From positions 1 through 18,668 of the forward strand of contig JBBQXJ010000089.1 of NCBI GenBank assembly GCA_038209745.1: DNA of 18,668 nucleotides. Reading direction: 5' to 3'. The position numbers and the translations under genes are program-made. Origin of the DNA: Verrucomicrobiota bacterium. GTDB lineage: Bacteria > Verrucomicrobiota > Verrucomicrobiia > Limisphaerales > CANJSG01. The notes under the pieces were generated by a model. It saw only the letters and a list, made by a program, of their open reading frames with translations, was not told where the DNA came from and ran no database searches. Below, piece by piece: positions 1-9,744 of the stretch; the first letter of the stretch is position 1; each line of letters opens with the position of its first letter.

Positions 1-463
1 CATTTGCAACGGTTTCCAGGTTCTCTGCGAGGCCGGGTTGCTGCCCGGTGCGCTGATCCGCAATCGGTCGCTCCAATTCCGCTGCGAGCAGGTCTATTTG
101 AAGACAGCGACGCCGGATTCACCCTTCACGAACAAGATTCCTGTCGGAAAGCTCCTGCGCGTCCCCATCGCCCACGGCGAAGGCTGCTACTACGCCGACA
201 AGGAGACGGTGGAGTCGCTCGTCTCCAATCGGCAAATCCTTTGGCAGTATGCGGATACCACCGGTGCGATGACCGATGCGGCCAATCCCAACGGCGCTCT
301 CCGGAACATCGCCGGCATCTGCAACTCAGCTCGCAACGTCGCCGGCCTCATGCCCCACCCGGAACGGGCCTGTGAACCGATTTTGGGCAGCGACGACGGT
401 CGCCTCGTCTTCGAGAGCATGATCGCTTGGTTTGCGGATCGAAATGTATCCAAGGCGGCTTGA
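1..463 (+). CDS. purQ: Phosphoribosylformylglycinamidine synthase glutaminase subunit PurQ (5'-truncated by window edge)
   Basis: Frame from position 2 reads [18 protein letters not shown] (catalytic Cys motif), then PIAHGEG, NPNG..NIAGI and GLMPHPER; stop at 461-463. Confidence 0.96.
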   Translation, partial: ICNGFQVLCEAGLLPGALIRNRSLQFRCEQVYLKTATPDSPFTNKIPVGKLLRVPIAHGEGCYYADKETVESLVSNRQILWQYADTTGAMTDAANPNGALRNIAGICNSARNVAGLMPHPERACEPILGSDDGRLVFESMIAWFADRNVSKAA

Positions 464-681
464 GAGGCTTGAATAGGCCGCTTCCCACCCTCCATCGTCC
501 TTCCACCGAACTCCTTTCGTCAGGAAGACAAATTGTTTTGGGGGGGAATCAGATCAGGAATCGAACGGGGCTCTTTGCGGATACGAGGAACCCAAAGCGT
601 TGTCGGGCAGGTGTTAAGCGACCTGTTTTGGCGAGGAGGATGAAAAAGCAGGCCTGTTCGTTTGCGGGGCCCGTGACTTGT

Positions 682-1004
682 TTGTCAACACTCCGCAAAA
701 CAACCGTCACATTCCCCCCGTTTCACAGGGGTTTTTGGTGCCACTTTTTTGCATCGCCCCGTCCCGCTTGGCGATCCTCGCGGTGACGCGAAAATCGCCC
801 CTGAATGCGGCCCTTTTGAGCCTGTGAATAACGTGGGGACAACTGCGAGAACATTGTCCTCGTCAGGGTGCGTGAGCTCCCCTAAATAACCCCTCCCTAA
901 ATCGGGATCTCTTCAACTGAGGCGAACGCTCGTCGCCAGACCTGTTGGGCTTGTCTTGGGTGGAAATGTTGTAAAATGTTCAACGGGAAAATGTTGTAAG
1001 TTTT
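682..1004. promoter_or_regulatory. dnaA upstream control region / candidate oriC with DnaA-box-like sites and an AT-rich repeat
   Basis: TGTGAATAA at 823-831 (TTATTCACA on minus strand, matches TTATNCACA); degenerate boxes TGGGGACAA 834-842 and TTGTCAACA 682-690; AT-rich AAATGTTGTAA at 964-974 and 989-999; directly upstream of dnaA. Confidence 0.5.
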
Positions 1005-1140
1005 CTTGGTTGACTCGGAACCACGAGTTGCGGGTTTGGTTCTGGACGGACTTGGATTTTTAGGTCCCGAAACGGGACACGGGTCGAATGTGATCGACGC
1101 CGTCGCAGAACCGACACAATCGTCAGTGAACAAATCTGGA

Positions 1141-2532
1141 ATGACCATCGCTCCGACAGCCGAAATTTCGACGGACCAAATCTGGGCCAAAACCCAGGGC
1201 ACGCTCCGTTCGATCCTGCATCCGGAACTCTACCAGATGTGGTTCGCGACCCTGCGGGCGGTTTCCTTTGAAAGCGAAGTCCTCACGCTCGAGGCGGCCA
1301 ACGACTTCAGCCAGCTCTGGCTCCAGGACAACTACGCCGGGTTGATCCATGACGTTGTGCTCCAGGTCCTCGGTAGATCCATCTCCGTCCAGTTCGTCGC
1401 CCGAGTGGATGTCGGCGGAGCGGAACCCAAGTCCAACGTTCCTTCGCCCGCCGCTGTGGCCGAGCCGGAGGTTCGGGCAACCGGCAGCTATACCGCCACG
1501 ATCCATCGGGAGTTCTTCTTCAATCCCCGGAACACCTTCGACACCTTCGTCGTCGGAGGAACCAACGAGCATGCCCACGCTGCGGCGCTGGCCGTCGCCC
1601 GCGAGCCCGGCAAGTCCTACAACCCCGTGTTTTTCCACGGCGGCGTCGGGCTCGGGAAGACCCATCTGCTGCACGCCATCGGGCAATACGTCGCCACGAC
1701 CAAGCGAAACGCCAAGGTCAGCTACCTCACCTCCGAGAAGTTCACGAACGAGTTCATCGACGCGATCCAGAACAATTCCCTGGCGAAGTTCCGAAAAAAA
1801 TACCGCCAGACGGACGTGTTGCTGATCGACGACATCCAGTTTCTCGCCGGCAAAGAGCGCATCCAGGAAGAGTTTTTCCACACGTTCAACGCCCTCCACG
1901 AATCGCACAAACAGATCGTCATCGCCGGCGACCGGCCGATCAACGAGATGCAGAATTTGGAGCAGCGCCTCGTTTCCCGATTCGAGTGGGGCTTGGTGGC
2001 GGAGCTGATGCTGCCCGAGCTGGAGACCCGTCTGGCCATTCTCCGGAAGAAATCCGCGTTGTTGAACCTCAACGTGCCGGACGACGTCCTCACCTTCATC
2101 GGCACCCGCATCCGGTCGAACATCCGCCGTCTGGAAGGCGCGCTCGTCCGCGTCGGTTCCGTGCCCAAATTGACCGGCAAGGCCCTGACCATCGAAGTCG
2201 CGCAGGACTATCTCCGCGACATTCTCCAGGAGGAGGGCAAGCAGGTTGTCACCATCGAGGTCATCCAGAAGCGCGTGGCGGAGCACTTCGACCTGCGTAT
2301 CGCCGATATGACCGGCAAGCGCCGCCCGGAGCACATCGTGTTTCCGCGCCAGATCGCGATGTATCTCTCCCGCCAGCTCACCGAGGGATCGCTGAACACG
2401 ATTGGCGAGGCCTTTGGTGGCCGTGACCACGGGACCGTGCTCCATGCTTGCCGCAGCGTGAAGGACCGGATGGAGATCGAATCGAACGTTAAACAGGTCG
2501 TGGGCTATCTCGAAAAGCAGCTGATGCGCTGA
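1141..2532 (+). CDS. dnaA: Chromosomal replication initiator protein DnaA
   Basis: Walker A GGVGLGKTHL, Walker B LLIDDIQF, QEEFFHTFN, RLVSRFEWG, NIRRLEGAL, domain IV RQIAMYL...GGRDHGTVLHA. ATG 1141 (463 aa, domain I follows at once) preferred over TTG 1006. Confidence 0.97.
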   Translation: MTIAPTAEISTDQIWAKTQGTLRSILHPELYQMWFATLRAVSFESEVLTLEAANDFSQLWLQDNYAGLIHDVVLQVLGRSISVQFVARVDVGGAEPKSNVPSPAAVAEPEVRATGSYTATIHREFFFNPRNTFDTFVVGGTNEHAHAAALAVAREPGKSYNPVFFHGGVGLGKTHLLHAIGQYVATTKRNAKVSYLTSEKFTNEFIDAIQNNSLAKFRKKYRQTDVLLIDDIQFLAGKERIQEEFFHTFNALHESHKQIVIAGDRPINEMQNLEQRLVSRFEWGLVAELMLPELETRLAILRKKSALLNLNVPDDVLTFIGTRIRSNIRRLEGALVRVGSVPKLTGKALTIEVAQDYLRDILQEEGKQVVTIEVIQKRVAEHFDLRIADMTGKRRPEHIVFPRQIAMYLSRQLTEGSLNTIGEAFGGRDHGTVLHACRSVKDRMEIESNVKQVVGYLEKQLMR

Positions 2533-2688
2533 GCGGAACGGGGCTTCTTCGCTCCTTCGTTGCGCGAGGCTTCGCAGTCTGCAAACTTCCGACTCGCGCC
2601 TCAACCGCCCCCGGATCGCGTCTCTCACGGATTGGAATGGTCCGGAATCCGCGTCCAGCGGGGTTGATTCGACAGAATCGAGAACCGC

Positions 2689-3873
2689 ATGCCCTTTCCC
2701 GACGCCAAATCGCTGGTCCGCCCCCTCGTTCAGAATCTCCACGCCTACGTCCCGGGCGAGCAGCCCGCGATTCCGGATCTGATCAAACTCAACACGAACG
2801 AGAACCCCTATCCGCCTTCTCCCGAAGTGTTGCAGGCGGTGAAGGACGCGGTGGACCAGCGACTGAGGCTTTATCCGAACCCCTCGGCATCGGACCTCCG
2901 TGAAAAGCTCGCCAAACTGCACGGTTGCAGTCCGGACAACATCATCGTGGGAAATGGCTCGGATGATGTGTTGGCCTTGGCCACGCGGGCGTTCGTCGAG
3001 CCGCTCCTGGCCGATTCGGAGAAGGAGGCTCCCCGGCGCCGGGTGAAGTCCCGGAACATGGTGCAGTATTTTTGGCCCAGCTATTCGTTGTATCCGGTGC
3101 TGGCGGACACGCATGGCGGGAAAAAAAACGCCGTTCCGCTGAACGCTGATTTTTCCCTGCCCGGCGTGGCGGAACTCCGCAGAGGGAAGAAGTGGCGTTT
3201 CGACGCCGCATTGACCTTCGTCACCACCCCGAATGCGCCGAGCGGCCGGGGCTATGCCACATCTGATCTGGAAAAGCTCTGCAAGGCCATGAAGGGCCTG
3301 GTGATCCTGGACGAGGCCTATGCGGATTTCGCGGACGAGAACGCCATGGAGCTGGCGCTGAAGTATCCGCACGTGATCGTGTCGCGGACCTTCTCCAAGG
3401 CGTATTCCCTGTGTTTCCAGCGGATCGGTTATTTCGTCGGTGACCGGGATCTGATCGACGCGCTGCACAAGGTGCGCGACAGCTACAATGTGAACGGGCT
3501 CGGCCAGATCGCGGCGGCAGCGACGCTGGACGACCTCGACTATTACAAGCGGAGTTTCCGCAAGGTCCTCGCCACCCGGAAGCGGCTCAGCGAGAAGCTT
3601 GGTGCCCTGGGATTCGAGGTCCTGCCGAGCCAAACCAACTTCATCCTCTGCAAGCCACCTCAGCTGGCGGCGCGGTCGTGGCTCAGCTTGCTCCGCGTCC
3701 GAAAGATCGTGGTCCGCTGGTTCAACCAGCCCGAAACGAGGGACTATCTTAGGATCACGGTGGGGACGGATGCAGAGGCGGCGGCGTTGCTGCACGCGGT
3801 GAAGGAGATCCTTCGGGCCGGCGCCAAGGGGAAGCTCGATGAAGTGCTGCGAGCGGCGAATTTGACCTCATGA
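2689..3873 (+). CDS. hisC: Histidinol-phosphate aminotransferase
   Basis: YVPGEQP, KLNTNENPYPPSP, GNGSDD, PNAPSG, LDEAYADF, PLP-lysine motif SRTFSKAYSL, YLRITVGT. Confidence 0.93.
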   Translation: MPFPDAKSLVRPLVQNLHAYVPGEQPAIPDLIKLNTNENPYPPSPEVLQAVKDAVDQRLRLYPNPSASDLREKLAKLHGCSPDNIIVGNGSDDVLALATRAFVEPLLADSEKEAPRRRVKSRNMVQYFWPSYSLYPVLADTHGGKKNAVPLNADFSLPGVAELRRGKKWRFDAALTFVTTPNAPSGRGYATSDLEKLCKAMKGLVILDEAYADFADENAMELALKYPHVIVSRTFSKAYSLCFQRIGYFVGDRDLIDALHKVRDSYNVNGLGQIAAAATLDDLDYYKRSFRKVLATRKRLSEKLGALGFEVLPSQTNFILCKPPQLAARSWLSLLRVRKIVVRWFNQPETRDYLRITVGTDAEAAALLHAVKEILRAGAKGKLDEVLRAANLTS

Positions 3874-3908
3874 TGAGAGGCTGAAGGTCTTCCTGTTTCG
3901 CTGCGCCG

Positions 3909-6900
3909 CTACTTGTGCTTGCGCAGGAATCCGCTGATCCGGTCGAGCAGTTCGCTGGGTTGATAGGGTTTCTGGAGGATTTCTCCGTCGATGTCCAAGC
4001 GACCGTCGGCCTTGAGGAATTCGCCGCCGTAGCCGGAGGCGTAGAGAGTCGGCACTTCCGGATCCAGTTCACGGATCTGTTTCACCGCTTCGGGGCCGCT
4101 CAGGCGCGGCATGATCACATCCATCAACAGCAGGTCGACGCTTTCGTTGTGTTCGCGGAACAGCGCCACGGCTTCTTCGCCGTCCCGGGCGGAGAGGACG
4201 GTGTAGCCGGCTTTCTGGAGGATGCGGGTGGCGAGCAGGCGGACGGCCTCCTCGTCTTCGGCCACGAGGATGGTGCCTGAGCCGCGTTTGATCGGGATCT
4301 CCCGGGTCACGCGCTGGGCTGCGATGGTGCCGGGGCTGGCCGGGAGGTAGATGCGGAGGGTGGTGCCGAGGCCAACCTCGGAGTCGATGCGTAGATTGCC
4401 CCCGTGCTGCTGGATGATGCCGTAGACGACGGACAGGCCGAGGCCGCTTCCCTTGTTCTTGTCCTTGGTGGTGAAGAACGGCTCGAAGATGTGGGGAAGA
4501 TTCTCCGGGCTGATGCCGACGCCGTTGTCCGCGACGTTCAGACGGACGCAGGGACCGAAGGGGAGGGGTCCGATGACACTCGTGTCGCCCTCGGCCGATG
4601 CGTAGTTGAGCGGCGTGATGCTGATGGTCAGCCTTCCGCCACGGGGCATGGCGTCACGCGCGTTGACCGAGAGGTTCATCACCACCTGCTCGATCTGGCC
4701 CCGGTCGGCGTAGATGACCGCGGGCTCGTCGGCGGGCTGGAATTCGATCTCGATGTCGGCTCCGAGCAGGCGCCGGCTCATGTCGAGGGCTTCGCGGACC
4801 ACCAAATTGAGATCGAAGTGGAGTTTCTGGAGCGGCTGACGACGGCCGAAGGCGAGGAGCTGCTTGGTCAACTGCGCGGCGCGACGGGCCGCCTTCTTGA
4901 CTTCGATGAGGGAATTCTCCCGGTCGTCGGCCGGCACTTCCTTCTCCAGTGCGATGGAGCTGTGGCCCATGATGACCTGGAGGATGTTGTTGAAATCGTG
5001 GGCGACGCCACCGGCGAGCAGGCCGACGGCCTCCATTTTCTGGGCTTGGCGCAGCTGGGCTTCGAGCTTCTCGTGACGAGCCTCGGCTTCCTTGATGGGG
5101 CTGAGGTCGCGCATGACGAAGGAAAAGAAGTCGACCGATCCGTCGGCGCTCTTGTGGCAGAGCATCACCTGGGAGACGAGGAGGGATCGGGCCGCGTTCG
5201 ATTTCAGCGCCATTTCCCCGGACCACACGCCCCGCAGAATACTGGCCGGCACGGCTTCTTCGTGGAACCGCGTGATCGATTCCGAGGCAAGGACGGAGTC
5301 GAACGGCAGGGACCGGTCGAGCGAGGGCGCGGCCACTTCGAGCGTTCTGCAGCCGGCCGGGTTCAGGTAGAAGATCCTCAGGTCGAGACCGGCGAAGGCG
5401 ACGACGTCGCTGGTGGTTTCAAGCACGGAGGCCAAGCGGGCCTTTTCGCGGGCGAGGTGTCCCTGTTGTTCGACGAGCAGGTCGTGGCGCAGGATGTGGG
5501 CGCGGGAAGAATTCCAGACCAGTCCTCCGAGTCCGCCCATGGTTCCGAGAGCGATGAGCGTCCGGAACCAAAGCGTCTGCCAATACGCGGGCTCGATGAC
5601 AAAGCCGACACTGGCGACTTCTTCGCCCCAAGCGCCGTCGGAGTTCGACGCCTTGATCTGGAAGGTGAACTTGCCGGGAGGAAGGGAGTGAAACGGGACG
5701 GTGCCGGGTCCTTCCAGTTCGGTCCAGTCCTGCTGGAGTCCGAGCAGGCGGTAGCGGAAGTGGATCCTTCCCGGTGCGTCGAAGTTGATTCCTGTGAAGC
5801 GCACTTCGATCCGTCGAGCTTTCCTGGACAGGGTGGCTGTAGTGCCCAGAGGCAGCTGGACGGCCCGCTCTTTGACGGCTGGATTGAAGATCGAATCGGG
5901 GGCGGGCTCGAGCTCTTGGTCGTCTGCCGGGCGGTCGAGTGGTTCGAAGCTGACGAGCGACTCGATGATCGGTCGGCACGGCTGGGACTTGGTGTGGAGA
6001 GTCGCGGGATCCGCCGTGCTGAATCCTTTGCCGGTGCCGACGAGGAGCAGCGGCCGATCTCCTGCCGGGCCCAGCACCAGGGAGGCGCTCCGGATCATCG
6101 AGCCGGCGAGGCCGTCCTTGGAATCGAACCGGGCCCAGATCGGGGTGTCGGTTGTTGGACCAGTGGCCTTTTTCAATTCGTGCGTCGAAACGTGGAAGAG
6201 ACCGTCCTTCGAGCCGAGCCAAAGAGTTTCGGACCCATCAACCGCGAGACAGGAGAAGGCGGGGATGGCCGGCAATCGGGAATCGGAGACGGCCTCCACG
6301 GAACCGTTTTGAAGGACGCCCAGCCGACTGCCCGAACCTGAAAACCAGATCTTTCCATCGGGGCCCGCTGCCATTGCTGTTATTAGTCCGAGCCTGGCTT
6401 CCGACACCTTTTGGGCGGGCTCCAGTCGGCCGTCGCGCAGCGCGAACAGACCCGCCGGCAATGTGGCGACGTAGGTGGTCTTGCCGACCACGAGAAGGCG
6501 TACTGCCCCCGAGATTCCGCCGGGCGCTTCGATGGCCGTGGCGTTGGTGCCGCGGAGGACGAACAGGCCGTGCGAAGTGGCGATCAGGGTTTCCCCGGGA
6601 CCGGCCGCCGCCAAGTCATGGACCGAGACGGGGCCAGAGGCCGGGAGCGCGACTTGGGTCGGTGCGGATCCGGGGACCACTTGGAACAATCCGTCCGGGG
6701 AGCCGACCAGGAGCCGACCGTCGGAAGCGGCCACAGCGCATGTCGCATTCGGCACAAAATCCAGAAGACTACCCGGAGTCGAGGTGCCGTCGGAAAGTTT
6801 GATCGCCGGCCCAGTCCATGGATCGGCGAGCAAACGGGCTCCGGGGGACGATTCGACGAGGTGGGCCAATGCAAGAGAGGTGGTGCCGGAAAGGGGATGG

Positions 6901-7886
6901 AACCGCCTGGGCTTGAGCCGGACGACCCCCCCTCCGTCGGTGCCGAACCAGATGCCGCCTTCTCGATCCTCGAGCATCGCGAGGACACGGTGGTGGAGTT
7001 GGCTGAAGAACGGGGTGATCGCCCGGTCGACTCCGGCGGCGGAATGTCGAACGAGGCCGTTGTCCGCCCCGGCGGTCCAGAGATGGCCGTGCGAATCCTC
7101 CAAGAGCACGAGGGGCTCCGTCGTGGCCGGCTTGCGCAGGATCTGCCGCTGCACGGCATTGTTTCGGATCAGTTGGAGAGAGGTTGGGTTGGCGATCCAG
7201 ATACCGCCGCTGTGGGAAGGGCAGGCCCCGAGGATTCGGGCTCCATCGGTTGCGGAAGGAAGGGTCGCCCGGCTCCATCCAGTGCCGTTCCAACGACTGA
7301 GACCGCCCGAAGAAACGGACCAAAGTCCTGCTTTGGCGGTAGGATCCTGCAGGAGAGCGACAAGTCCTGGTGTTTGCGGTGACGGAATCGAAACGGGTGT
7401 TTCACTCTGGAGGCTGGCAATCGTTCCGTTCGTATCGGCGAAGCAAAGAACGCCGTCTGTTTCAGCGATCGATGCAATCCCGTTGGACGAGCCGGTGATT
7501 GCAGAAAAGCTCGAACCTTTCAGGAAGGACAGACCGGCTGACGTCCCGATCCAAAGCCGGCCGTTCGAGTCGGTCTTGAGCCGTTGGATCCGGTTGGCGG
7601 GCAGCACGGGAAACGTTTCATGGTTGAAACGAACAAACCTAAAACCGTCGAACCGGACGAGGCCCGAAGGGGTTCCGAGCCAAAGATAGCCGTCGGGAGT
7701 CTGTGCGAGCGTGGCGACGGTATCGTCCGGGAGTTCATCTGCGGTCTCCCAGGCGTCGAATTGATAGTCGGCATCGCCGAGACGGAGCGAGCGGGCGAAG
7801 GCTGTGCCTGGGGGGGTAGAAACCGCTAGAAGGATGAGGAGCGTCGCCCACACCGACATGGCTCCCGCTCCAATGCGGGGACGCAT
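3909..7886 (-). CDS. Hybrid sensor histidine kinase/response regulator (two-component regulator propeller repeats, Y_Y_Y domain, TM, PAS, HisKA, HATPase, REC)
   Basis: Signal-peptide-like N-terminus; [11 protein letters not shown]...GLVRFDG and [11 protein letters not shown] propeller repeats; FRYRLLG..DW...[26 protein letters not shown] before TM; H-box [52 protein letters not shown]...LLLMDVIMP. Start uncertain (7886 or 7859). Confidence 0.93.
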   Translation of the reverse strand: MRPRIGAGAMSVWATLLILLAVSTPPGTAFARSLRLGDADYQFDAWETADELPDDTVATLAQTPDGYLWLGTPSGLVRFDGFRFVRFNHETFPVLPANRIQRLKTDSNGRLWIGTSAGLSFLKGSSFSAITGSSNGIASIAETDGVLCFADTNGTIASLQSETPVSIPSPQTPGLVALLQDPTAKAGLWSVSSGGLSRWNGTGWSRATLPSATDGARILGACPSHSGGIWIANPTSLQLIRNNAVQRQILRKPATTEPLVLLEDSHGHLWTAGADNGLVRHSAAGVDRAITPFFSQLHHRVLAMLEDREGGIWFGTDGGGVVRLKPRRFHPLSGTTSLALAHLVESSPGARLLADPWTGPAIKLSDGTSTPGSLLDFVPNATCAVAASDGRLLVGSPDGLFQVVPGSAPTQVALPASGPVSVHDLAAAGPGETLIATSHGLFVLRGTNATAIEAPGGISGAVRLLVVGKTTYVATLPAGLFALRDGRLEPAQKVSEARLGLITAMAAGPDGKIWFSGSGSRLGVLQNGSVEAVSDSRLPAIPAFSCLAVDGSETLWLGSKDGLFHVSTHELKKATGPTTDTPIWARFDSKDGLAGSMIRSASLVLGPAGDRPLLLVGTGKGFSTADPATLHTKSQPCRPIIESLVSFEPLDRPADDQELEPAPDSIFNPAVKERAVQLPLGTTATLSRKARRIEVRFTGINFDAPGRIHFRYRLLGLQQDWTELEGPGTVPFHSLPPGKFTFQIKASNSDGAWGEEVASVGFVIEPAYWQTLWFRTLIALGTMGGLGGLVWNSSRAHILRHDLLVEQQGHLAREKARLASVLETTSDVVAFAGLDLRIFYLNPAGCRTLEVAAPSLDRSLPFDSVLASESITRFHEEAVPASILRGVWSGEMALKSNAARSLLVSQVMLCHKSADGSVDFFSFVMRDLSPIKEAEARHEKLEAQLRQAQKMEAVGLLAGGVAHDFNNILQVIMGHSSIALEKEVPADDRENSLIEVKKAARRAAQLTKQLLAFGRRQPLQKLHFDLNLVVREALDMSRRLLGADIEIEFQPADEPAVIYADRGQIEQVVMNLSVNARDAMPRGGRLTISITPLNYASAEGDTSVIGPLPFGPCVRLNVADNGVGISPENLPHIFEPFFTTKDKNKGSGLGLSVVYGIIQQHGGNLRIDSEVGLGTTLRIYLPASPGTIAAQRVTREIPIKRGSGTILVAEDEEAVRLLATRILQKAGYTVLSARDGEEAVALFREHNESVDLLLMDVIMPRLSGPEAVKQIRELDPEVPTLYASGYGGEFLKADGRLDIDGEILQKPYQPSELLDRISGFLRKHK

Positions 7887-8114
7887 CGATCTACGAAACG
7901 ATGGGAGGCACCGGACTGTTTGCAACGTCTTGGGGCGGAACACGGCTTTCGTTGGAAGGTAAGCAAACCCCATGGTCGCTATCAATGCCGTTCGACGTGT
8001 TGTGCAAACCAAAGTCGGAATTCAGCCGGAAGGAATCCGAGAAACCGCTTGAGAGATCGTCGTCGGAAACCGATATTGGCCTTGGAGCGAGACGCGCTCC
8101 GAGCTCTTTCAGAA

Positions 8115-8294
8115 TTTACCCTGCCATGTTCGTGATTCGTGGACATATCCTTGAACCGTTCACGCAAAAAGGGGCCTTACCTTGAACCGCGGCCGACGGG
8201 CCTTAACTGGATGTCGAAAGCCGCTCATTCGGTCCCACCTAAAACCTAGGTCGTTCAAAGGAACTCTCATGACACGACATTGCGGTGGGGTAAA
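8115..8294 (+). ncRNA. ssrS: 6S RNA
   Basis: ~180 nt rod: TTTACCCTGCC (8115-8125) pairs with GGTGGGGTAAA (8284-8294); TCCTTGAAC (8148-8156) with GTTCAAAGGA (8253-8262); central bubble 8158-8170 opposite 8237-8251 (mini hairpin ACCT...AGGT); GGGGCC/GGTCCC, GCGGC/GCCGC and CGAC/GTCG apical stem. Lies upstream of rarA, 5-formyl-THF cyclo-ligase and rny, all known ssrS neighbours. Confidence 0.88.
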
Positions 8295-8333
8295 ACTCTT
8301 TGCCGGTTGCCGAAAGGCGCAGCGGCAGACTAC

Positions 8334-8365
8334 AAAGCCCGTCCGATTGGACGGGCTTTTTGTTT
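8334..8365 (+). terminator. Intrinsic terminator downstream of 6S RNA
   Basis: Perfect 11-bp stem AAAGCCCGTCC (8334-8344) / GGACGGGCTTT (8349-8359), loop GATT, T-rich tail to 8365. Confidence 0.8.
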
Positions 8366-9736
8366 ATGCCGAGCGATGACTTCTTCTCACCCGCGCCCTC
8401 CGCTTCGGCCGAGCCGTCGGCCGTCCGCTCGACCACGGCGGCCCAGCCCTTGGCCGCCCGCATGCGCCCAAGGTCGCTCGAAGACTACGTGGGCCAGCAA
8501 CACATTCTCGCTCCCGGCATGTTGCTGCGCCGCGCCATCGAAGCGGACCGAATCCAGTCCCTCCTTTTCTACGGGCCGCCCGGTGTCGGTAAGACGTCGC
8601 TCGCCCAGATCATCGCGGCGCGGACCAAATGTCGCTTCGAGCGGCTCAGCGGCGTGGAATCGACCGTTGCGGACATGCGGCGCGTGCTGGCCGCGGCCGG
8701 GAACCGCTTGGAGAACTCCGGCCAGCCGACGATTCTTTTCATCGACGAGATCCACCGGTTCAACAAATCCCAACAGGACGTGCTCTTGCCGGACGTGGAA
8801 TCGGGCGTCGTCCGCCTGATCGGCGCGACCACGCACAATCCGTTTTTCTTCGTCAACGCACCGCTCGTTTCCCGTTCCCAGGTTTTCGAGATGAAGCCCA
8901 TCGCCGAGGAGGATCTCCTCGGGCTCCTGCGGCGGGCCGTCGCCCTGCCAGAGCGCGGTCTCGGCCACATGCCGCTGGATGTTGCGGAAGAGGCGCTGGC
9001 GCATCTGGCCCGTTTTTCGGACGGCGATGCGCGGAAAGCGCTCAATTCACTGGAAATCGCCGCTTTGACCACCGCGCCGCAAGCAGGCGGGCGCATCCGC
9101 ATCGATCTTTCCGTGGCCGAGCAGTGCATCCAAAAAAAGGCCGTCGTCTATGACGGCGACGGGGACGGCCACTACGACACCATCTCGGCCTTCATCAAAT
9201 CGATCCGTGGCAGCGATCCGGACGCCGCGCTCTATTGGCTGGCAAAGATGATCTACGCGGGGGAGGACCCGCGATTTATCACCCGGCGGATGCTCATTTC
9301 GGCGGCGGAAGACATCGGCCTCGGGGATCCGATGGGGTTGGTGTTGGCCGTGGCCGCGCATCAGGCGGCGGAATTCGTTGGCTGGCCCGAAGCCCGTATC
9401 CCCATTGCGGAAGCGACGATCTACCTGGCGACGGCGAACAAGAGCAATTCCGCGATCAAGGCCATCGACAAGGCTCTGGCCGACGTCAAAACCGGTCGCA
9501 CGCTGCCGGTGCCGGAGCACCTGCGGGACGGGCATTACAATGGAGCCAAGACGTTGGGCCACGGCGTTGGCTACGAATACGCCCACGATTTCCCCGACCA
9601 CTTCGTCCCCCAGGACTATCTCGGTGCGAAGCTGCGCTACTACGAGCCGACGGAGCAGGGGACCGAAAAGAAGATCAAGGACCGGGTGGACCGATGGCGG
9701 GCCATGGCGGAAGAGGCATGGAAGAAGAAGTCGTGA
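8366..9736 (+). CDS. rarA: Replication-associated recombination protein A (RarA/MgsA AAA+ ATPase)
   Basis: PLAARMRP, YGPPGVGKTS, FIDEIHRFNKSQQD, IGATTHNP, HYDTISAFIKSIRGSDPDAALYWLA, AAEDIG, VPEHLRDGHY. ATG 8366 preferred because the upstream extension runs through the terminator. Confidence 0.96.
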   Translation: MPSDDFFSPAPSASAEPSAVRSTTAAQPLAARMRPRSLEDYVGQQHILAPGMLLRRAIEADRIQSLLFYGPPGVGKTSLAQIIAARTKCRFERLSGVESTVADMRRVLAAAGNRLENSGQPTILFIDEIHRFNKSQQDVLLPDVESGVVRLIGATTHNPFFFVNAPLVSRSQVFEMKPIAEEDLLGLLRRAVALPERGLGHMPLDVAEEALAHLARFSDGDARKALNSLEIAALTTAPQAGGRIRIDLSVAEQCIQKKAVVYDGDGDGHYDTISAFIKSIRGSDPDAALYWLAKMIYAGEDPRFITRRMLISAAEDIGLGDPMGLVLAVAAHQAAEFVGWPEARIPIAEATIYLATANKSNSAIKAIDKALADVKTGRTLPVPEHLRDGHYNGAKTLGHGVGYEYAHDFPDHFVPQDYLGAKLRYYEPTEQGTEKKIKDRVDRWRAMAEEAWKKKS

Positions 9737-9744
9737 GAAACGGA

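Noticed and set aside
427..786. 119-aa ORF in the purQ-dnaA gap
   Set aside because: TTG start overlapping purQ, atypical composition, no motifs; the region reads better as regulatory DNA.
1874..1882. DnaA-box-like TTTTCCACA inside dnaA
   Set aside because: Explained by the conserved FFHT codons; not evidence of regulation.
2533..2688. Short hairpins between dnaA and hisC
   Set aside because: Short GC-rich stems without a U tract or consensus DnaA boxes; expected by chance.
1123..3795. 890-aa minus-strand ORF
   Set aside because: Antisense shadow of dnaA and hisC; long stop-free antisense frames are expected with high-GC codon bias; no recognisable motifs.
4404..7689. Long plus-strand ORFs (645, 323 and 404 aa) opposite the sensor kinase
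   Set aside because: Shadow frames of a well-supported gene; no domain signatures.
8295..8330. GGTTGCCGAAAGGC resembling the 3' end of a c-di-GMP-I riboswitch
   Set aside because: The upstream GGCAAAC...GAAA...GACGCAAAG elements are absent, and the upstream sequence folds as 6S RNA.
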